A stretch of 64,000 nucleotides of DNA from Bacteroidales bacterium (GTDB lineage Bacteria; Bacteroidota; Bacteroidia; Bacteroidales; UBA932): NCBI GenBank assembly GCA_017614715.1, contig JAGABI010000011.1:10821-74820 (forward strand), in the 5' to 3' direction. Under the pieces are notes generated by a model that ran no database searches, was not told the origin of the DNA, and was given only the letters and a program-made list of their open reading frames with translations. Made by a program: the position numbers and the translations under genes. Below, piece after piece: positions 36,281-46,757 of the stretch (positions within the stretch are counted from its first letter, which is position 1; each line of letters starts with the position of its first letter).

Positions 36281-38527
36281 ATGGACGAAAGCATTAACCT
36301 TGTCAGGGACCTGGCCCTCATATTCATTTCAGCAGGAATCATCACTCTGATATTCAAGGCTCTCAAGCAGCCTCTGATACTCGGATACATAGTTGCCGGA
36401 TTCCTTGTCGGGCCGCACTTCGGCCTCTTCCCTAACCTTACCAATCCGGAAACTGTGGAGCAGTGGTCGGAGATCGGCATAATCTTCCTGCTGTTCGCCC
36501 TCGGCCTGGAGTTCAGCTTCAAGAAACTCCTCAAAGTGGGCAGCAGCGCCCTTATCACAGCCGGAACCATTTTCGCCGGGATGTTTGTAACGGGGATGAT
36601 GGTCGGCGGTGCCATGGGCTGGAGCCATATGGAGCGCATCTTTCTGGGAGGAATGCTCTCAATGTCGTCTACCACCATTATTATCAAGGCTTTCGATGAC
36701 CTCGGCCTGAAGGGGATGCCCTTTACAAATGTTGTTTTCGGCACCCTTGTGGTGGAGGACCTGCTTGCAGTTGTGCTGATGGTTTTGCTCTCTACCATGG
36801 CTGTCAGCCAGCAGTTTGCAGGGGGCGAGATGGTGATGGCCCTGCTCAAGTTGCTCTTCTTCCTGGTGCTCTGGTTCGTGGTGGGTATGTACCTGATTCC
36901 TACCCTCTTTAAGAAGGGCCGCCAGGTCATGAACGAAGAGATGCTTGTGATACTCTCCGTGGGGCTTTGCTTTGGTATGGTGGCGCTGGCCACCGCCGCC
37001 GGATTCTCGTCCGCCCTGGGGGCGTTTGTGATGGGTTCGCTCCTTGCAGAGACGCTTGAAGGGGAACGTATCTCCCACTCCATCAAGAATATAAAGGACC
37101 TGTTCGGCGCCATCTTTTTCGTATCAGTGGGAATGATGGTAGATCCCGCGATCATAGCCCAATACTGGCAACCGATTCTGATACTGATTATTGTGGTTGT
37201 GATTGGCATCCCGTTGTTTGCCACCAGCGGCGTACTGATGGCCGGGCAGGGCTTGCACAGCGCGGTCCGCAGCGGTTTCTCCATGGCTCAGATTGGCGAG
37301 TTTGCTTTCATCATTGCCAGTCTTGGCAAGAGTCTGGGGGTGATGTCAGATTATATCTACCCTGTTGTGGTGGCTGTATCTGTAATCACCACTTTTACAA
37401 CGCCGTACTTCATGAAGCTCTCCGAGCCGTTCTACGGAGTGCTCAGCCGCAAGATGCCGCCCAGGCTATTCGCATCCCTGAGCGAAGTACGCGCCTCCGG
37501 CAGGTCGCAGGCGCGTGACAGCCAGTGGCGCAAGCTCATCAAGGCCTATCTGACCCGCATGATACCCTACAACGTGCTGCTGGTGGCGGCGCTGTTTGCC
37601 TCTAACATGTTCTTGGACCCGCTTGCCAACGAACATTTTGTCCGCATCGGGCCTGGTCTCATCAACCTTATTTGCGCTCTGATCACACTCATGGTGATGT
37701 CTCCGCTGCTATACGGCATGGTGATAGCCGCCGGCAATTACAAAGAGCTTTACGACAGCATCTGGGCTGGCTCTTCCGCTGCCGGACGCGGCCCGCTGAT
37801 TGCCATGAGCGCCCTTAAGATATTCCTTGCGGTGGCCTATGTGGTGACGGTGGTATCCCACTACTTCAAGCCCGGCATCGGCATAGTAATTCTGATAGCA
37901 TCGCTGGCAGCGGCGCTGTTTATACTGCTGCGCCTCTTTAACAAACGCTCCAGCACACTCGAGGACCGCTTTGTATCCAACATGCGGCAGAAGGAGGAGT
38001 ACCAGAGGCAGGCCGCCCCGGTAACCACCACCATCCGCGAGAAGATGAGCGGCCACGACATCTGCGTGGAGAACCTCACGGTAACTTCTGACTTCCGGTA
38101 CGCCGGCAAACAGCTGCGGGATATACCGCTCCGCCGCGACTACGGCGTGAACATAGTGAAGATACTCCGCGGCAAAAGAATCATAAATATCCCCTCGGCA
38201 TCGGAATTCCTCTTCCCTGCCGACGAGATACTGGTGGTGGGCACCCTCAACAGTGTGGCGGCCTTCAAGAAGGCGCTCAGCGAGGATGTAGCACTGATTC
38301 CGGCCGCAACCGCCGACGTGGAGGTGGAATCGTTCATCCTTGAAGAGACATCGCTATTGAGCGGCAAATCGCTGCAGATGGTGGACATGCGCAACTCGGG
38401 ATGTATGCTGATAGGTATAGAGCGCGGCGAGGAGACCTTCATGAACCCGGAACCCGACATGATTATGCAGCCTGGCGATATCATCTGGCTGGTTGGGGCA
38501 CCCGACGCGATTAAATTGTATAAGTAG
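36281..38527 (+). CDS. Cation:proton antiporter (CPA2/Kef-like) with two C-terminal RCK_C (TrkA-C) domains
   Basis: 748 aa. N-terminal Na_H exchanger-like TM region (LGYIVAGFLVGP), then two repeats ending ...ADEILVVG and ...GDIIWLVG. Confidence 0.85.
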   Translation: MDESINLVRDLALIFISAGIITLIFKALKQPLILGYIVAGFLVGPHFGLFPNLTNPETVEQWSEIGIIFLLFALGLEFSFKKLLKVGSSALITAGTIFAGMFVTGMMVGGAMGWSHMERIFLGGMLSMSSTTIIIKAFDDLGLKGMPFTNVVFGTLVVEDLLAVVLMVLLSTMAVSQQFAGGEMVMALLKLLFFLVLWFVVGMYLIPTLFKKGRQVMNEEMLVILSVGLCFGMVALATAAGFSSALGAFVMGSLLAETLEGERISHSIKNIKDLFGAIFFVSVGMMVDPAIIAQYWQPILILIIVVVIGIPLFATSGVLMAGQGLHSAVRSGFSMAQIGEFAFIIASLGKSLGVMSDYIYPVVVAVSVITTFTTPYFMKLSEPFYGVLSRKMPPRLFASLSEVRASGRSQARDSQWRKLIKAYLTRMIPYNVLLVAALFASNMFLDPLANEHFVRIGPGLINLICALITLMVMSPLLYGMVIAAGNYKELYDSIWAGSSAAGRGPLIAMSALKIFLAVAYVVTVVSHYFKPGIGIVILIASLAAALFILLRLFNKRSSTLEDRFVSNMRQKEEYQRQAAPVTTTIREKMSGHDICVENLTVTSDFRYAGKQLRDIPLRRDYGVNIVKILRGKRIINIPSASEFLFPADEILVVGTLNSVAAFKKALSEDVALIPAATADVEVESFILEETSLLSGKSLQMVDMRNSGCMLIGIERGEETFMNPEPDMIMQPGDIIWLVGAPDAIKLYK

Positions 38528-38533
38528 CAGGAT

Positions 38534-40714
38534 ATGAAACACTTGTATTATTCGATAATTATTCTTGTGGCGGCTGCACTCTCCGGATGCAGTACACCCG
38601 TAGATCGCCAGAATATCGACTCCTTCAAAAAGGCCGTGCCCGTTTGGGCCGAGGGGCGCGAGACAGAGGTAAACCTGACGCTGGCTTTCCGCACCGTGAT
38701 TGATTACCATCGCGATGCTGACATCCGCATAGCGGCATCTACAATCTACCGTCTGCGCGTAAACGGAGAGTTTGTGGGTCACGGACCCTGCGTGGCAGCC
38801 CACGATTATTACCGCATAGACTGCTACGACCTTGCACCCTACCTGCACAAAGGCAAGAACGTTGTCTCAATTGAGGTAACGGGGTATAATACAGAGTCTT
38901 TCTACCTGCTCAGCCAGCCCTCTTTCCTCCAGGCGGAGATTGTATCGGGCGGCAGGGTGATTGCGGCCACCGGCGGTGATTTCAAGGCTTATGACCTGCA
39001 GCAGCGCATGCAGCAGGTGCCAAAATACAGCTACCAGCGTACTCAGATGGAGCATTGGGCGCTCTCAGCAGACTATGACGCATGGCAGAAAGATGTAGAG
39101 TTCAGCAGCGACAAAGAGGTAAAGCTGGCAGGGCAACCGGCTAAAGCCACAATTATCCGCCGCGTCCCCTACCCCGACTACACCGTACACGAGGCATCGG
39201 TGCTGGATGCCGGACGGAGGCTCTATACATTCGGCCGCGAATACAGCGGTTTCCTTGGCTGTGAGATTGAAGTAAAGGAGAAGACCTCCCTCACAATAGA
39301 TTATGAAGAGCTCCTGACCGACGGAGAGCTCAAGCACCGGATGCCGTTCCGGGGCTATGTGGCATGGGATCTGGAACCGGGTCATTACACTCTGGAAAGC
39401 ATCGAGCCCTACTCCATGCAGTTTGCCCAGGTCGCCTTTACCGGCGATGCCACCATCGAAAGGCTTTACATACGCGACTACTGCAACTCTGCAGTGGGCG
39501 CCGGTCAGTTCAGCTGCGACAACGAGGCTCTGAACAAAATATTTGACGCCGCCCGCCAGACCATCCGCCAGAGCTCTATGGACATTTTCATGGACACCCC
39601 CTCGCGGGAGCGTGCCGGCTGGATTGGCGACAGCTATTTCTCCGCCCGTGTAGAGTGCGACCTCTCCGGAGCCACAAATGTAGAGAAGAACTTCCTGGAG
39701 AATTATCTGCTGCCGGAACATTTCAAGACCATACCGGAGGGGATGGTGCCGATGTGCTACCCCTCCGACAACTTTGAGGGCGGGACCTACATCCCCAACT
39801 ACGCAATGTGGTTTGTGCTGCAGCTGGAAGAGTACCTTGCCCGCAGCGGCGACCGCCAGATGATAGATGCCTTCCAAGACCGCGTTTACGCCCTTGTAGA
39901 TTTCTTTGACAAATACCTCAACAGCGACGGCCTGCTGGAGCGGCTCCAGAGCTGGGTGTTCATAGAGTGGTCGGCCGCCAACCGCTATGTGCAGGATGTA
40001 AGTTATCCCTCTAATATGCAATACGCCGCGATGCTGGATGCCGTATGCAGGATGTACGACGACCCTGCACTGCACGAGCGTGCAGAGGCCATGCGCGAGA
40101 CTATCCGCCAGCAAAGTTTTGACGGACGCTTCTTCTGCGACAACGCCATCCGCCAGCAGGACGGCACCCTGCAACGCACCGACAACCATACCGAGACCTG
40201 CCAGTACTACGCCTTTTTCTTTGAAACTGCCACCCCTGAGACTTACCCTGAGCTCTGGAACCGCATGGCTACCGAATTTGGCCCCATACGCGACAAGCAG
40301 GATAATTATCCCGACGTACCCAAGGCCAACGCCCTGTTTGGCAATTACCTGCGAATGGAGCTCCTTTCCCAGAACGGGCTCGTGGCCCAGTCGCTTAAAG
40401 AGGCGGAGGATTTTTATCTGCCCATGGCAGACCTCACAGGCACTCTCTGGGAGAATATGACTTTCAGTGACAGCTGCAACCACGGCTTTGCAGCACATCT
40501 GGCACATGTGCTCTATCGTGACGCCGCAGGCCTCTATATTGTTGACCGTGTTAACAAGACCGTTACCCTGCGCCTCTGCGACACCGGCCTTAAACAGTGC
40601 TCCGCCATCCTTCCCGTAAAAGAAGGCGATATAAAGCTGGAGTGGACCTGCACCGACGGCAACTTCAACTACGACCTCTCTCTCCCCCACGGATGGAAAG
40701 TGGTTGAAGAATAA
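38534..40714 (+). CDS. GH78-like alpha-L-rhamnosidase family protein (distant third paralog), lipoprotein
   Basis: 726 aa with lipobox AALSGC. The N-terminal beta-sandwich resembles Bac_rhamnosid_N. The FMDTPSRERAGWIGDS motif is equivalent to DCPxRE-GxTGD of GH78. Confidence 0.6.
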   Translation: MKHLYYSIIILVAAALSGCSTPVDRQNIDSFKKAVPVWAEGRETEVNLTLAFRTVIDYHRDADIRIAASTIYRLRVNGEFVGHGPCVAAHDYYRIDCYDLAPYLHKGKNVVSIEVTGYNTESFYLLSQPSFLQAEIVSGGRVIAATGGDFKAYDLQQRMQQVPKYSYQRTQMEHWALSADYDAWQKDVEFSSDKEVKLAGQPAKATIIRRVPYPDYTVHEASVLDAGRRLYTFGREYSGFLGCEIEVKEKTSLTIDYEELLTDGELKHRMPFRGYVAWDLEPGHYTLESIEPYSMQFAQVAFTGDATIERLYIRDYCNSAVGAGQFSCDNEALNKIFDAARQTIRQSSMDIFMDTPSRERAGWIGDSYFSARVECDLSGATNVEKNFLENYLLPEHFKTIPEGMVPMCYPSDNFEGGTYIPNYAMWFVLQLEEYLARSGDRQMIDAFQDRVYALVDFFDKYLNSDGLLERLQSWVFIEWSAANRYVQDVSYPSNMQYAAMLDAVCRMYDDPALHERAEAMRETIRQQSFDGRFFCDNAIRQQDGTLQRTDNHTETCQYYAFFFETATPETYPELWNRMATEFGPIRDKQDNYPDVPKANALFGNYLRMELLSQNGLVAQSLKEAEDFYLPMADLTGTLWENMTFSDSCNHGFAAHLAHVLYRDAAGLYIVDRVNKTVTLRLCDTGLKQCSAILPVKEGDIKLEWTCTDGNFNYDLSLPHGWKVVEE

Positions 40715-40725
40715 CAATTTATTGG

Positions 40726-40733
40726 TATATTTG
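40726..40733 (+). promoter_or_regulatory. -7 promoter box (TATATTTG) for ettA
   Basis: TAnnTTTG match 16 nt upstream of the ATG at 40750. Confidence 0.4.
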
Positions 40734-40749
40734 AAGAAATATCACCACT

Positions 40750-42426
40750 ATGGCAGACGAAAAAATCATCTTCTCTATGTGCGGTGTGGGCAAGGTATTG
40801 CCGCACAACAACAAGGTAATCCTCAAAGACATATACCTGAGCTTCTTCTACGGTGCAAAAATAGGCATCATAGGCCTCAACGGCAGCGGTAAGTCCACCC
40901 TGCTCAAGATTATTGCAGGAGTGGAGAAATCTTACCGCGGCGAGGTAGTATGGGCGCCGGGCTACAGCGTAGGCTATCTGGCCCAGGAGCCCGAGATGGA
41001 TCCCGACAAGACTGTCCTGGAAGTTGTTCAGGAGGGGGTGCAGGATGTAATGGACCTGCTGGCAGAATATAACGAGATCGGGATGAAGTTCTGCGAGCCG
41101 CTGGAAGATGACGAAATGAACAAGCTCATAGAGCGCCAGGGAGAGCTCACGGAACTGATTGACCACGCCGGCGGATGGGAGATTGACTCCAAACTGGAAC
41201 GGGCCATGGATGCCCTGCAGTGCCCGCCGTCTGACGCACTGATTCGCAACCTTTCCGGTGGTGAGCGCCGCCGGGTAGCGCTCTGCCGCCTGCTGCTCCA
41301 GCAACCTGACGTTCTGCTGCTGGACGAGCCCACCAACCACCTCGACACCGAGAGTATCCAGTGGCTGGAGGCCCATCTGCAGCAATACAAAGGCACAGTG
41401 ATTGCCGTGACCCACGACCGTTATTTCCTGGACAACGTAGCCGGCTGGATACTGGAGCTGGACCGCGGCGAAGGTATCCCCTGGAAGGGCAACTACTCGT
41501 CGTGGCTGGAGCAGAAGACCATCCGTCTGGCCCAGGAAGAGAAGCAGGAGAGCAAGCGGCGCAAGACCCTCGAACGCGAGCTGGAGTGGGTCCGCATGGC
41601 ACCCCGTGCCCGCCAGGCCAAGCAGAAAGCCCGTCTGGGCGCCTACGAGAAACTGGCCAGCGCCGATGTAAAACAGAAGGAGGCCAACCTGGAGATCTAT
41701 ATCCCCAACGGCCCGCGTTTGGGCAACAAGGTCATCAGTTTCCATGATGTTGCCAAGAGCTACGACGGTCGCGTGCTGTTCGAGCACCTTAGCTTTGAAT
41801 TGCCGCCGGCAGGTATCGTGGGGGTAATCGGTCCTAACGGCGCCGGCAAGACCACCCTATTCCGCCTTATAATGGGCATCGAGACACCCGACACCGGAAC
41901 CATAGAGATTGGAGAGACCGCCAAGATATCTTACGTGGACCAGCAGCACAAGTCAATCGACCCGGAAAAGACGGTTTACCAGACCGTGGCCGGCGACTCC
42001 GAGTGGGTACGCCTCGGCGGACGGGACATTAACGCCCGCGCGTGGATTTCCCGATTCAACTTCTCCGGTGCCGACCAGGAGAAAAAGTGCGGCATCCTCT
42101 CCGGCGGTGAACGCAACCGACTCCACCTGGCGCTCACCCTCAAAGACGAGGGGAACGTGCTGCTGCTGGACGAGCCTACCAACGACGTGGACGTAAACAC
42201 CATCCGCGCCCTGGAGGAGGGTCTGGACGGCTTTGCCGGCTGCGCCGTGGTGGTTAGCCACGACCGCTGGTTCCTGGACCGTATCGCCACCCACATCCTC
42301 GCCTTCGAAGGGGACAGCCAGGTGGTATTCTTTGACGGCAACTACTCCGAATACGAAGAGAACAAGAAGAAACGCCTTGGCAACGCAGAACCCAAGCGCT
42401 TCAAGTACAAAAAGTTGATGGAGTAA
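40750..42426 (+). CDS. ettA: Energy-dependent translational throttle protein EttA (ABC-F ATPase)
   Basis: 558 aa. Two ABC cassettes (GLNGSGKST, GPNGAGKTT) with no TM domain. The N-terminus IIFSMCGVGKVLPHNNKVILKDIYLSFFYGAKIGIIG is typical of EttA. Confidence 0.9.
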   Translation: MADEKIIFSMCGVGKVLPHNNKVILKDIYLSFFYGAKIGIIGLNGSGKSTLLKIIAGVEKSYRGEVVWAPGYSVGYLAQEPEMDPDKTVLEVVQEGVQDVMDLLAEYNEIGMKFCEPLEDDEMNKLIERQGELTELIDHAGGWEIDSKLERAMDALQCPPSDALIRNLSGGERRRVALCRLLLQQPDVLLLDEPTNHLDTESIQWLEAHLQQYKGTVIAVTHDRYFLDNVAGWILELDRGEGIPWKGNYSSWLEQKTIRLAQEEKQESKRRKTLERELEWVRMAPRARQAKQKARLGAYEKLASADVKQKEANLEIYIPNGPRLGNKVISFHDVAKSYDGRVLFEHLSFELPPAGIVGVIGPNGAGKTTLFRLIMGIETPDTGTIEIGETAKISYVDQQHKSIDPEKTVYQTVAGDSEWVRLGGRDINARAWISRFNFSGADQEKKCGILSGGERNRLHLALTLKDEGNVLLLDEPTNDVDVNTIRALEEGLDGFAGCAVVVSHDRWFLDRIATHILAFEGDSQVVFFDGNYSEYEENKKKRLGNAEPKRFKYKKLME

Positions 42427-42437
42427 GACCTGAGGGG

Positions 42438-44228
42438 TTAATTCTCAGAAATAGTCTTTGCTATCTTCTCAATATTGAGACTGCGTGCGGAGGCATCTAT
42501 GATGTCCTTGTATATACCGCCTTTCTTGTAAATTGTATCGGGATCGCCGCTCTCCTCTACCCGGCCGTTCTGCAGGGCATAGACCATCTCGCTGTCTATA
42601 ATCTGCGAAATGCTGTGGGAGATTATTATCACGGTGCGGTCTTTCTTTATGGCATCGATGCTGTTCTTAATCTGCTCGGTTGCAATCGCATCCAGGCTTG
42701 CAGTAGGTTCATCCAGAAAGATGATGGGCGGATTTTTCAGGAACATGCGGGCGATGGCAATGCGCTGCTGCTGGCCGCCGGAGAGGTCGCTGGCCTTCCC
42801 TTCAAACTGCTTGGGGAGAGCCATGATCTGGTCGTAGATGTGAGACTTCTTTGCCGCCTCCACCACCTCCTCGTGGGTGGCAGAAGGTTTGCCGTAGAGT
42901 ATATTCTCCTCTATGGTTCCGTCAAAGATATGGTTCTTCTGCAGCACCAGGCCAATGTTCTCGCGCAGGTATTTGGTGTCGTATTCGCACAAATCCACGC
43001 CGTCCAGGGTAATCGTACCCTTTTGCGGTACGTAGAACTTGTCCAGCAGGTTAACGATGGTGCTCTTGCCGGCGCCTGAAAGGCCCACCAGTGCCGTGAT
43101 CTTGTCGGGCTCAATCACCATATTCACCCCGAAAAGCGCCTGGGTTCCGTTGGGATAGGTAAAATCCACATCCCGCAGCTCAAATTTGCCTCGTATCCGT
43201 TCCGGACGGTAGTTCCCGGAGGGCTCCACTTCGCTGTCTGAATCCAGTATGGAGAAGAACCCTTCTGCATATATCAGCGCATCGTTCACGTCGTCAAAAA
43301 TGCGCTGGAGCTGGGTGATAGGGGCAATCACATTGGAGAAGAGCATCACATGGTACATTATCTTGCCGATGCTCATCCCGGGGTAATCAATCAGCACCAG
43401 ATAAGCAGTAAGGATGATGACCAGCACGGTGCCGACCTGTTTCACAAAACTCTTTACGCCGGCATAATAGAAACCCACCTGCCTGGTCTTCATCTGGTTG
43501 GCCGTCACCTGGTTCTGGATATCCAGCTGCTTGGCCGCCTCAATACTCTCGCGGTTGAAGCTCTTGATTACGTTTATGGAATCAATTATGTTCTTGATAC
43601 CCTGGCTCTTGGTCTCCAGATGACCGCGCATCTCACGCCTCCACCCTTTGAGCCTCCTGGCCTGCCGGTATGTAATCCAGAAATATATCGGCACGATGCC
43701 AAGGGCGACCAGACCCACATAAACGTTGGCGGCAAACATCAGTATCAGCGCCAGCAGCGCGCTGGTAAAGAGCGGCAGCAGGTCGATGAAGAAGTTCTGC
43801 ACCGTGCGGGAGATGCTGCTCACCCCCTGGTCGATGCGGGCCTGCACTTTGCCGGTGGCGTTTGCATCCTGTGAGAAATAGGCCATGCGGAAGGTCAGCA
43901 CCTTCTCGATAACGCTCTGGGCGAGGTCGCGCGACACAAAAATGCGCATCCGCTCGCCAAAGTAATTTTGCGCAAAAGTGATAACGGCAGAGAGAATCTC
44001 CTTGCCCAGCAGCACAACCGATATGAAGGTGAGGATGCGCGCTGCGCTGGCCCAGGTGAAATCGGTGCCGATAAGGGCGTTGATGGCATCCACCGTGCGG
44101 TCCAGCACAATGGCGTTCACCTGCGCCATCAAAGAGCCGATAAGGGTGAGTATCAGGGTGATAATCACCAGCCAGCGGTAAGGCCTCACAAACGGCCGGA
44201 TATGCTTGAACAGTTGTAAGAGATTCAC
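42438..44228 (-). CDS. ABC transporter permease/ATP-binding fusion (MsbA-like type I exporter)
   Basis: 596 aa. Six-TM N-terminal half, then [23 protein letters not shown] and IIFLDEPT. Confidence 0.85.
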   Translation of the reverse strand: MNLLQLFKHIRPFVRPYRWLVIITLILTLIGSLMAQVNAIVLDRTVDAINALIGTDFTWASAARILTFISVVLLGKEILSAVITFAQNYFGERMRIFVSRDLAQSVIEKVLTFRMAYFSQDANATGKVQARIDQGVSSISRTVQNFFIDLLPLFTSALLALILMFAANVYVGLVALGIVPIYFWITYRQARRLKGWRREMRGHLETKSQGIKNIIDSINVIKSFNRESIEAAKQLDIQNQVTANQMKTRQVGFYYAGVKSFVKQVGTVLVIILTAYLVLIDYPGMSIGKIMYHVMLFSNVIAPITQLQRIFDDVNDALIYAEGFFSILDSDSEVEPSGNYRPERIRGKFELRDVDFTYPNGTQALFGVNMVIEPDKITALVGLSGAGKSTIVNLLDKFYVPQKGTITLDGVDLCEYDTKYLRENIGLVLQKNHIFDGTIEENILYGKPSATHEEVVEAAKKSHIYDQIMALPKQFEGKASDLSGGQQQRIAIARMFLKNPPIIFLDEPTASLDAIATEQIKNSIDAIKKDRTVIIISHSISQIIDSEMVYALQNGRVEESGDPDTIYKKGGIYKDIIDASARSLNIEKIAKTISEN

Positions 44229-44237
44229 TGAAGGTGG

Positions 44238-45482
44238 TTATTGCATTCTGCCCTGTTTGCCAAGGTAACTGTCTTTGAAGCCGAGGAAGTAGAGCACACC
44301 GTCCAGGCCGATGGTATTGATACTCTGGCGGGCACTCTCAGCCACGCGCGGTTTGGCGTGGAAGGCGATGCCAAGTCCTGCGGCGGATAGCATCGGGAGG
44401 TCGTTTGCACCGTCACCCACGGCGATGGTCTGCTCCAGGTTGACCTTCTCCATCTGGGCGATGAGCTTGAGCAGGTCGGCTTTGCGACGGCCGTCCACAA
44501 TATCGCCCACATAACGCCCCGTGAGCTTGCCGTCGTCGCCAATCTCAAGCTCGTTGGCATATACATAGTCGATTCCGTACTTGCGCTGGATATATTCCCC
44601 GAAGTATGTAAAACCACCACTGAGTATGGCAATCTTATAGCCGGCACGCTTGAGGACCTCCATAAGGCGGTCCACACCCTCCGTGATGGGCATATTTTCT
44701 GCAATCTCCTGCATAACAGATGCATCCAGCCCTTTGAGCAGCGCTACGCGGCGGCGGAAGCTCTCTTTGAAGTCGATTTCGCCGCGCATCGCACTCTCGG
44801 TGATGGCAGCTACCTGATCGCCGACCCCGGCGCGTGCCGCCAGTTCGTTGATGCACTCGGTCTGGACAAGGGTGGAGTCCATATCAAAGCAAATCAGGCG
44901 GCGCATACGACGGAACATATTGTCCCGCTGGAAAGAGAAATCGATCCCCATCTCGCTTGAGATATGCATAAGCTCTGCCTGCAACTTGTCGTGGTTGTCA
45001 GGCACGCCGCGGATGGAGAACTCTATGCAGCTGCGCACCGACGCATTGGACTGCTGGAGGCTCTGGCGGCCGGTGAGGCGCTTTATTGAGTCGATGTTAA
45101 GACCGTGGTTGGAGATAACCCTGGCCGCCGCAGCTATCTGTTTGGCGGAGAGGCTGCGGGCTATTATTGTGAGAATGTAGCGGTTCTTCCCCTGACGGCC
45201 GACCCACTCCTCATAGTCATCGTCCGTGACCGGTTCAAAACCAATGGCTACTCCTAGCTCAGTGGCCTTGAAAAGGAGCTCCTTCATCACCTGCCCGGAG
45301 CTGCGGGCAGAGATCCGGATAAGGATACCCAGCGATAGGCTGCTATGGATGTCGGCCTGGCCGATATCCAGAATCTGGGCATCGAAACGGGCCAGTATAT
45401 CCATCACCGATGCGGTGAGGCCGGCACGATCCTTTCCGGTGATACGGATCAGGATCTGCTCCATCTTTTTGGTCTTGGTCAT
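44238..45482 (-). CDS. serB: Phosphoserine phosphatase with N-terminal ACT domains
   Basis: 414 aa. ACT-like ILIRITGKDRAGLTASVMDILA, HAD motif I CFDMDSTL, and GDGANDLPML. Confidence 0.85.
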   Translation of the reverse strand: MTKTKKMEQILIRITGKDRAGLTASVMDILARFDAQILDIGQADIHSSLSLGILIRISARSSGQVMKELLFKATELGVAIGFEPVTDDDYEEWVGRQGKNRYILTIIARSLSAKQIAAAARVISNHGLNIDSIKRLTGRQSLQQSNASVRSCIEFSIRGVPDNHDKLQAELMHISSEMGIDFSFQRDNMFRRMRRLICFDMDSTLVQTECINELAARAGVGDQVAAITESAMRGEIDFKESFRRRVALLKGLDASVMQEIAENMPITEGVDRLMEVLKRAGYKIAILSGGFTYFGEYIQRKYGIDYVYANELEIGDDGKLTGRYVGDIVDGRRKADLLKLIAQMEKVNLEQTIAVGDGANDLPMLSAAGLGIAFHAKPRVAESARQSINTIGLDGVLYFLGFKDSYLGKQGRMQ

Positions 45483-45494
45483 TGTATCTGATAG

Positions 45495-46040
45495 TTAATT
45501 GCAGCCGCCTTCGCAACCACCCTCACAGCCCCCTTCGCCGCAACTGCCGCCCTGGCAACCGCCGCACTTGTTGAGGCCGTTCTTCATCTCATCTTCAGTC
45601 GCTTCGCGCACCTTGAGAATCTCACCGGTAAAGTGGAGGTCTTTGCCCGCCATCTGGTGGTTGAAATCCATTGTTACGTGCTCCTCGCCCACCTTGACCA
45701 CGGTACCGGGCATCACGCCGCCGTCGGCGTTCATCATCGGAATCACGTTCCCTTCAAAGAGAATCTCCTCTGCCAGATGGCCGTCCCGCATAAAGATGGT
45801 CTTGGGGAGGTCAATGATGGCACGCGGGTCGCGCTCGCCATAGCCCTCTGCAGCAGTGAGGCGGAAGTCAAACTTGTCGCCCACTGTCTTGCCCTCTATG
45901 TTAGCCTCAAATTTGGGCAGCAGGTGGCCTATTCCAAAGATAAATTCCAGGGGACGGGAAGCGTCGCAGCTGTCGGCAATCTGTCCGTCCACCTCGAGTT
46001 CATATATCAAACTTACTACTTTGTTGTCACTGATTTTCAT
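45495..46040 (-). CDS. slyD: FKBP-type peptidyl-prolyl isomerase SlyD with a Cys/Gly-rich C-terminal tail
   Basis: 181 aa. VVSLIYELEVDGQ, an IF insert, then the tail KCGGCQGGSCGEGGCEGGCEGGCN. Confidence 0.85.
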   Translation of the reverse strand: MKISDNKVVSLIYELEVDGQIADSCDASRPLEFIFGIGHLLPKFEANIEGKTVGDKFDFRLTAAEGYGERDPRAIIDLPKTIFMRDGHLAEEILFEGNVIPMMNADGGVMPGTVVKVGEEHVTMDFNHQMAGKDLHFTGEILKVREATEDEMKNGLNKCGGCQGGSCGEGGCEGGCEGGCN

Positions 46041-46083
46041 AACTTATTATTCTAATTTGCGCAAAGATAGGCAAAAAAATAAT

Positions 46084-46115
46084 AAAGAGCGCAGCCCTGG
46101 TATGGGTTGCGCCCT
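46084..46115 (-). terminator. Intrinsic terminator downstream of hsp20
   Basis: The minus strand reads aagggcgcaaccc-atacca-gggctgcgctctt followed by tattatttttttg: a GC stem (one G-U pair) plus a T-run. Confidence 0.7.
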
Positions 46116-46140
46116 TTATTTCAACGATATAGGCCGTGGC

Positions 46141-46572
46141 CTATTTGATATCGATCTGTTTTGTTGCAGCGGGCTGCACAACGACCTCTTTCTTAGGCAG
46201 ATGTACATTCAGGACACCCTTCTCCACCTTGGCCTCTATCTTGTCGCAGTCCACATCGTCGGGCAGCAACAGGGTCTGCTGGAACTTCTCGTAAGAGAAT
46301 TCACGGCGCAGGTAGCGACCTTTCTTCTTATCCTCCTTATGTTCAGATTTCTTCTCCATGTTGATGTGGAGGTAACCCTCGTTATCCACGCGGACATTGA
46401 AATCTTCCTTGTCGAGTCCCGGTGCAGCGAGTTCTACATCGTACTCTTTTTCGTTTTCAATTACATTGATTGCAGGAGCCGTATAATTGGTCCTGGTCAT
46501 CCAGCTGTTGTCGAAAAAGTCATTGAAAATGTCCGGCAACCAGCTATCTTGCGTTCTTCTTACAGGTAACAT
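46141..46572 (-). CDS. Hsp20/alpha-crystallin family small heat-shock protein
   Basis: 143 aa. Alpha-crystallin core YDVELAAPGLDKEDFNVRVDNEGYLHI...FSYEKFQQTLLLPDDVD...KVEKGVLNVHLPK. Confidence 0.9.
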   Translation of the reverse strand: MLPVRRTQDSWLPDIFNDFFDNSWMTRTNYTAPAINVIENEKEYDVELAAPGLDKEDFNVRVDNEGYLHINMEKKSEHKEDKKKGRYLRREFSYEKFQQTLLLPDDVDCDKIEAKVEKGVLNVHLPKKEVVVQPAATKQIDIK

Positions 46573-46684
46573 AGTTCAAAAACTTTAATCGTTCCGGTTT
46601 CACAGCCCTCGCGGGTCCTTATTCCCGGGACCCCTTGCGGAGTCGACATAGTGTAAATCAAACTGGATGCCAACGGCCAAAAAT

Positions 46685-46718
46685 GGACATATTGTCACCG
46701 TCTGCTGACAATATGTCC
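46685..46718. promoter_or_regulatory. Perfect 13-bp inverted repeat (ggacatattgtca-N8-tgacaatatgtcc); candidate operator
   Basis: Exact reverse-complement arms at 46685-46697 and 46706-46718. It sits 10 nt upstream of the mgtC -7 box, in the hsp20/mgtC divergent region. Confidence 0.5.
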
Positions 46719-46728
46719 AACAAAATGC

Positions 46729-46736
46729 TAACTTTG
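46729..46736 (+). promoter_or_regulatory. -7 promoter box (TAACTTTG) for the mgtC-family gene
   Basis: TAnnTTTG match 21 nt upstream of the ATG at 46758. Confidence 0.4.
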
Positions 46737-46757
46737 CATGGTAATAATCAGAAGGAT

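Noticed and set aside
36196-37284. ORF 36196-37284 (-, 362 aa), antisense to the CPA2 antiporter
   Set aside because: Shadow ORF. The plus-strand product has clear transporter and RCK_C features.
39065-41787. ORFs 39065-40717 (-, 550 aa) and 40669-41787 (-, 372 aa), antisense to the GH78-like gene and ettA
   Set aside because: Shadow ORFs opposite well-supported genes.
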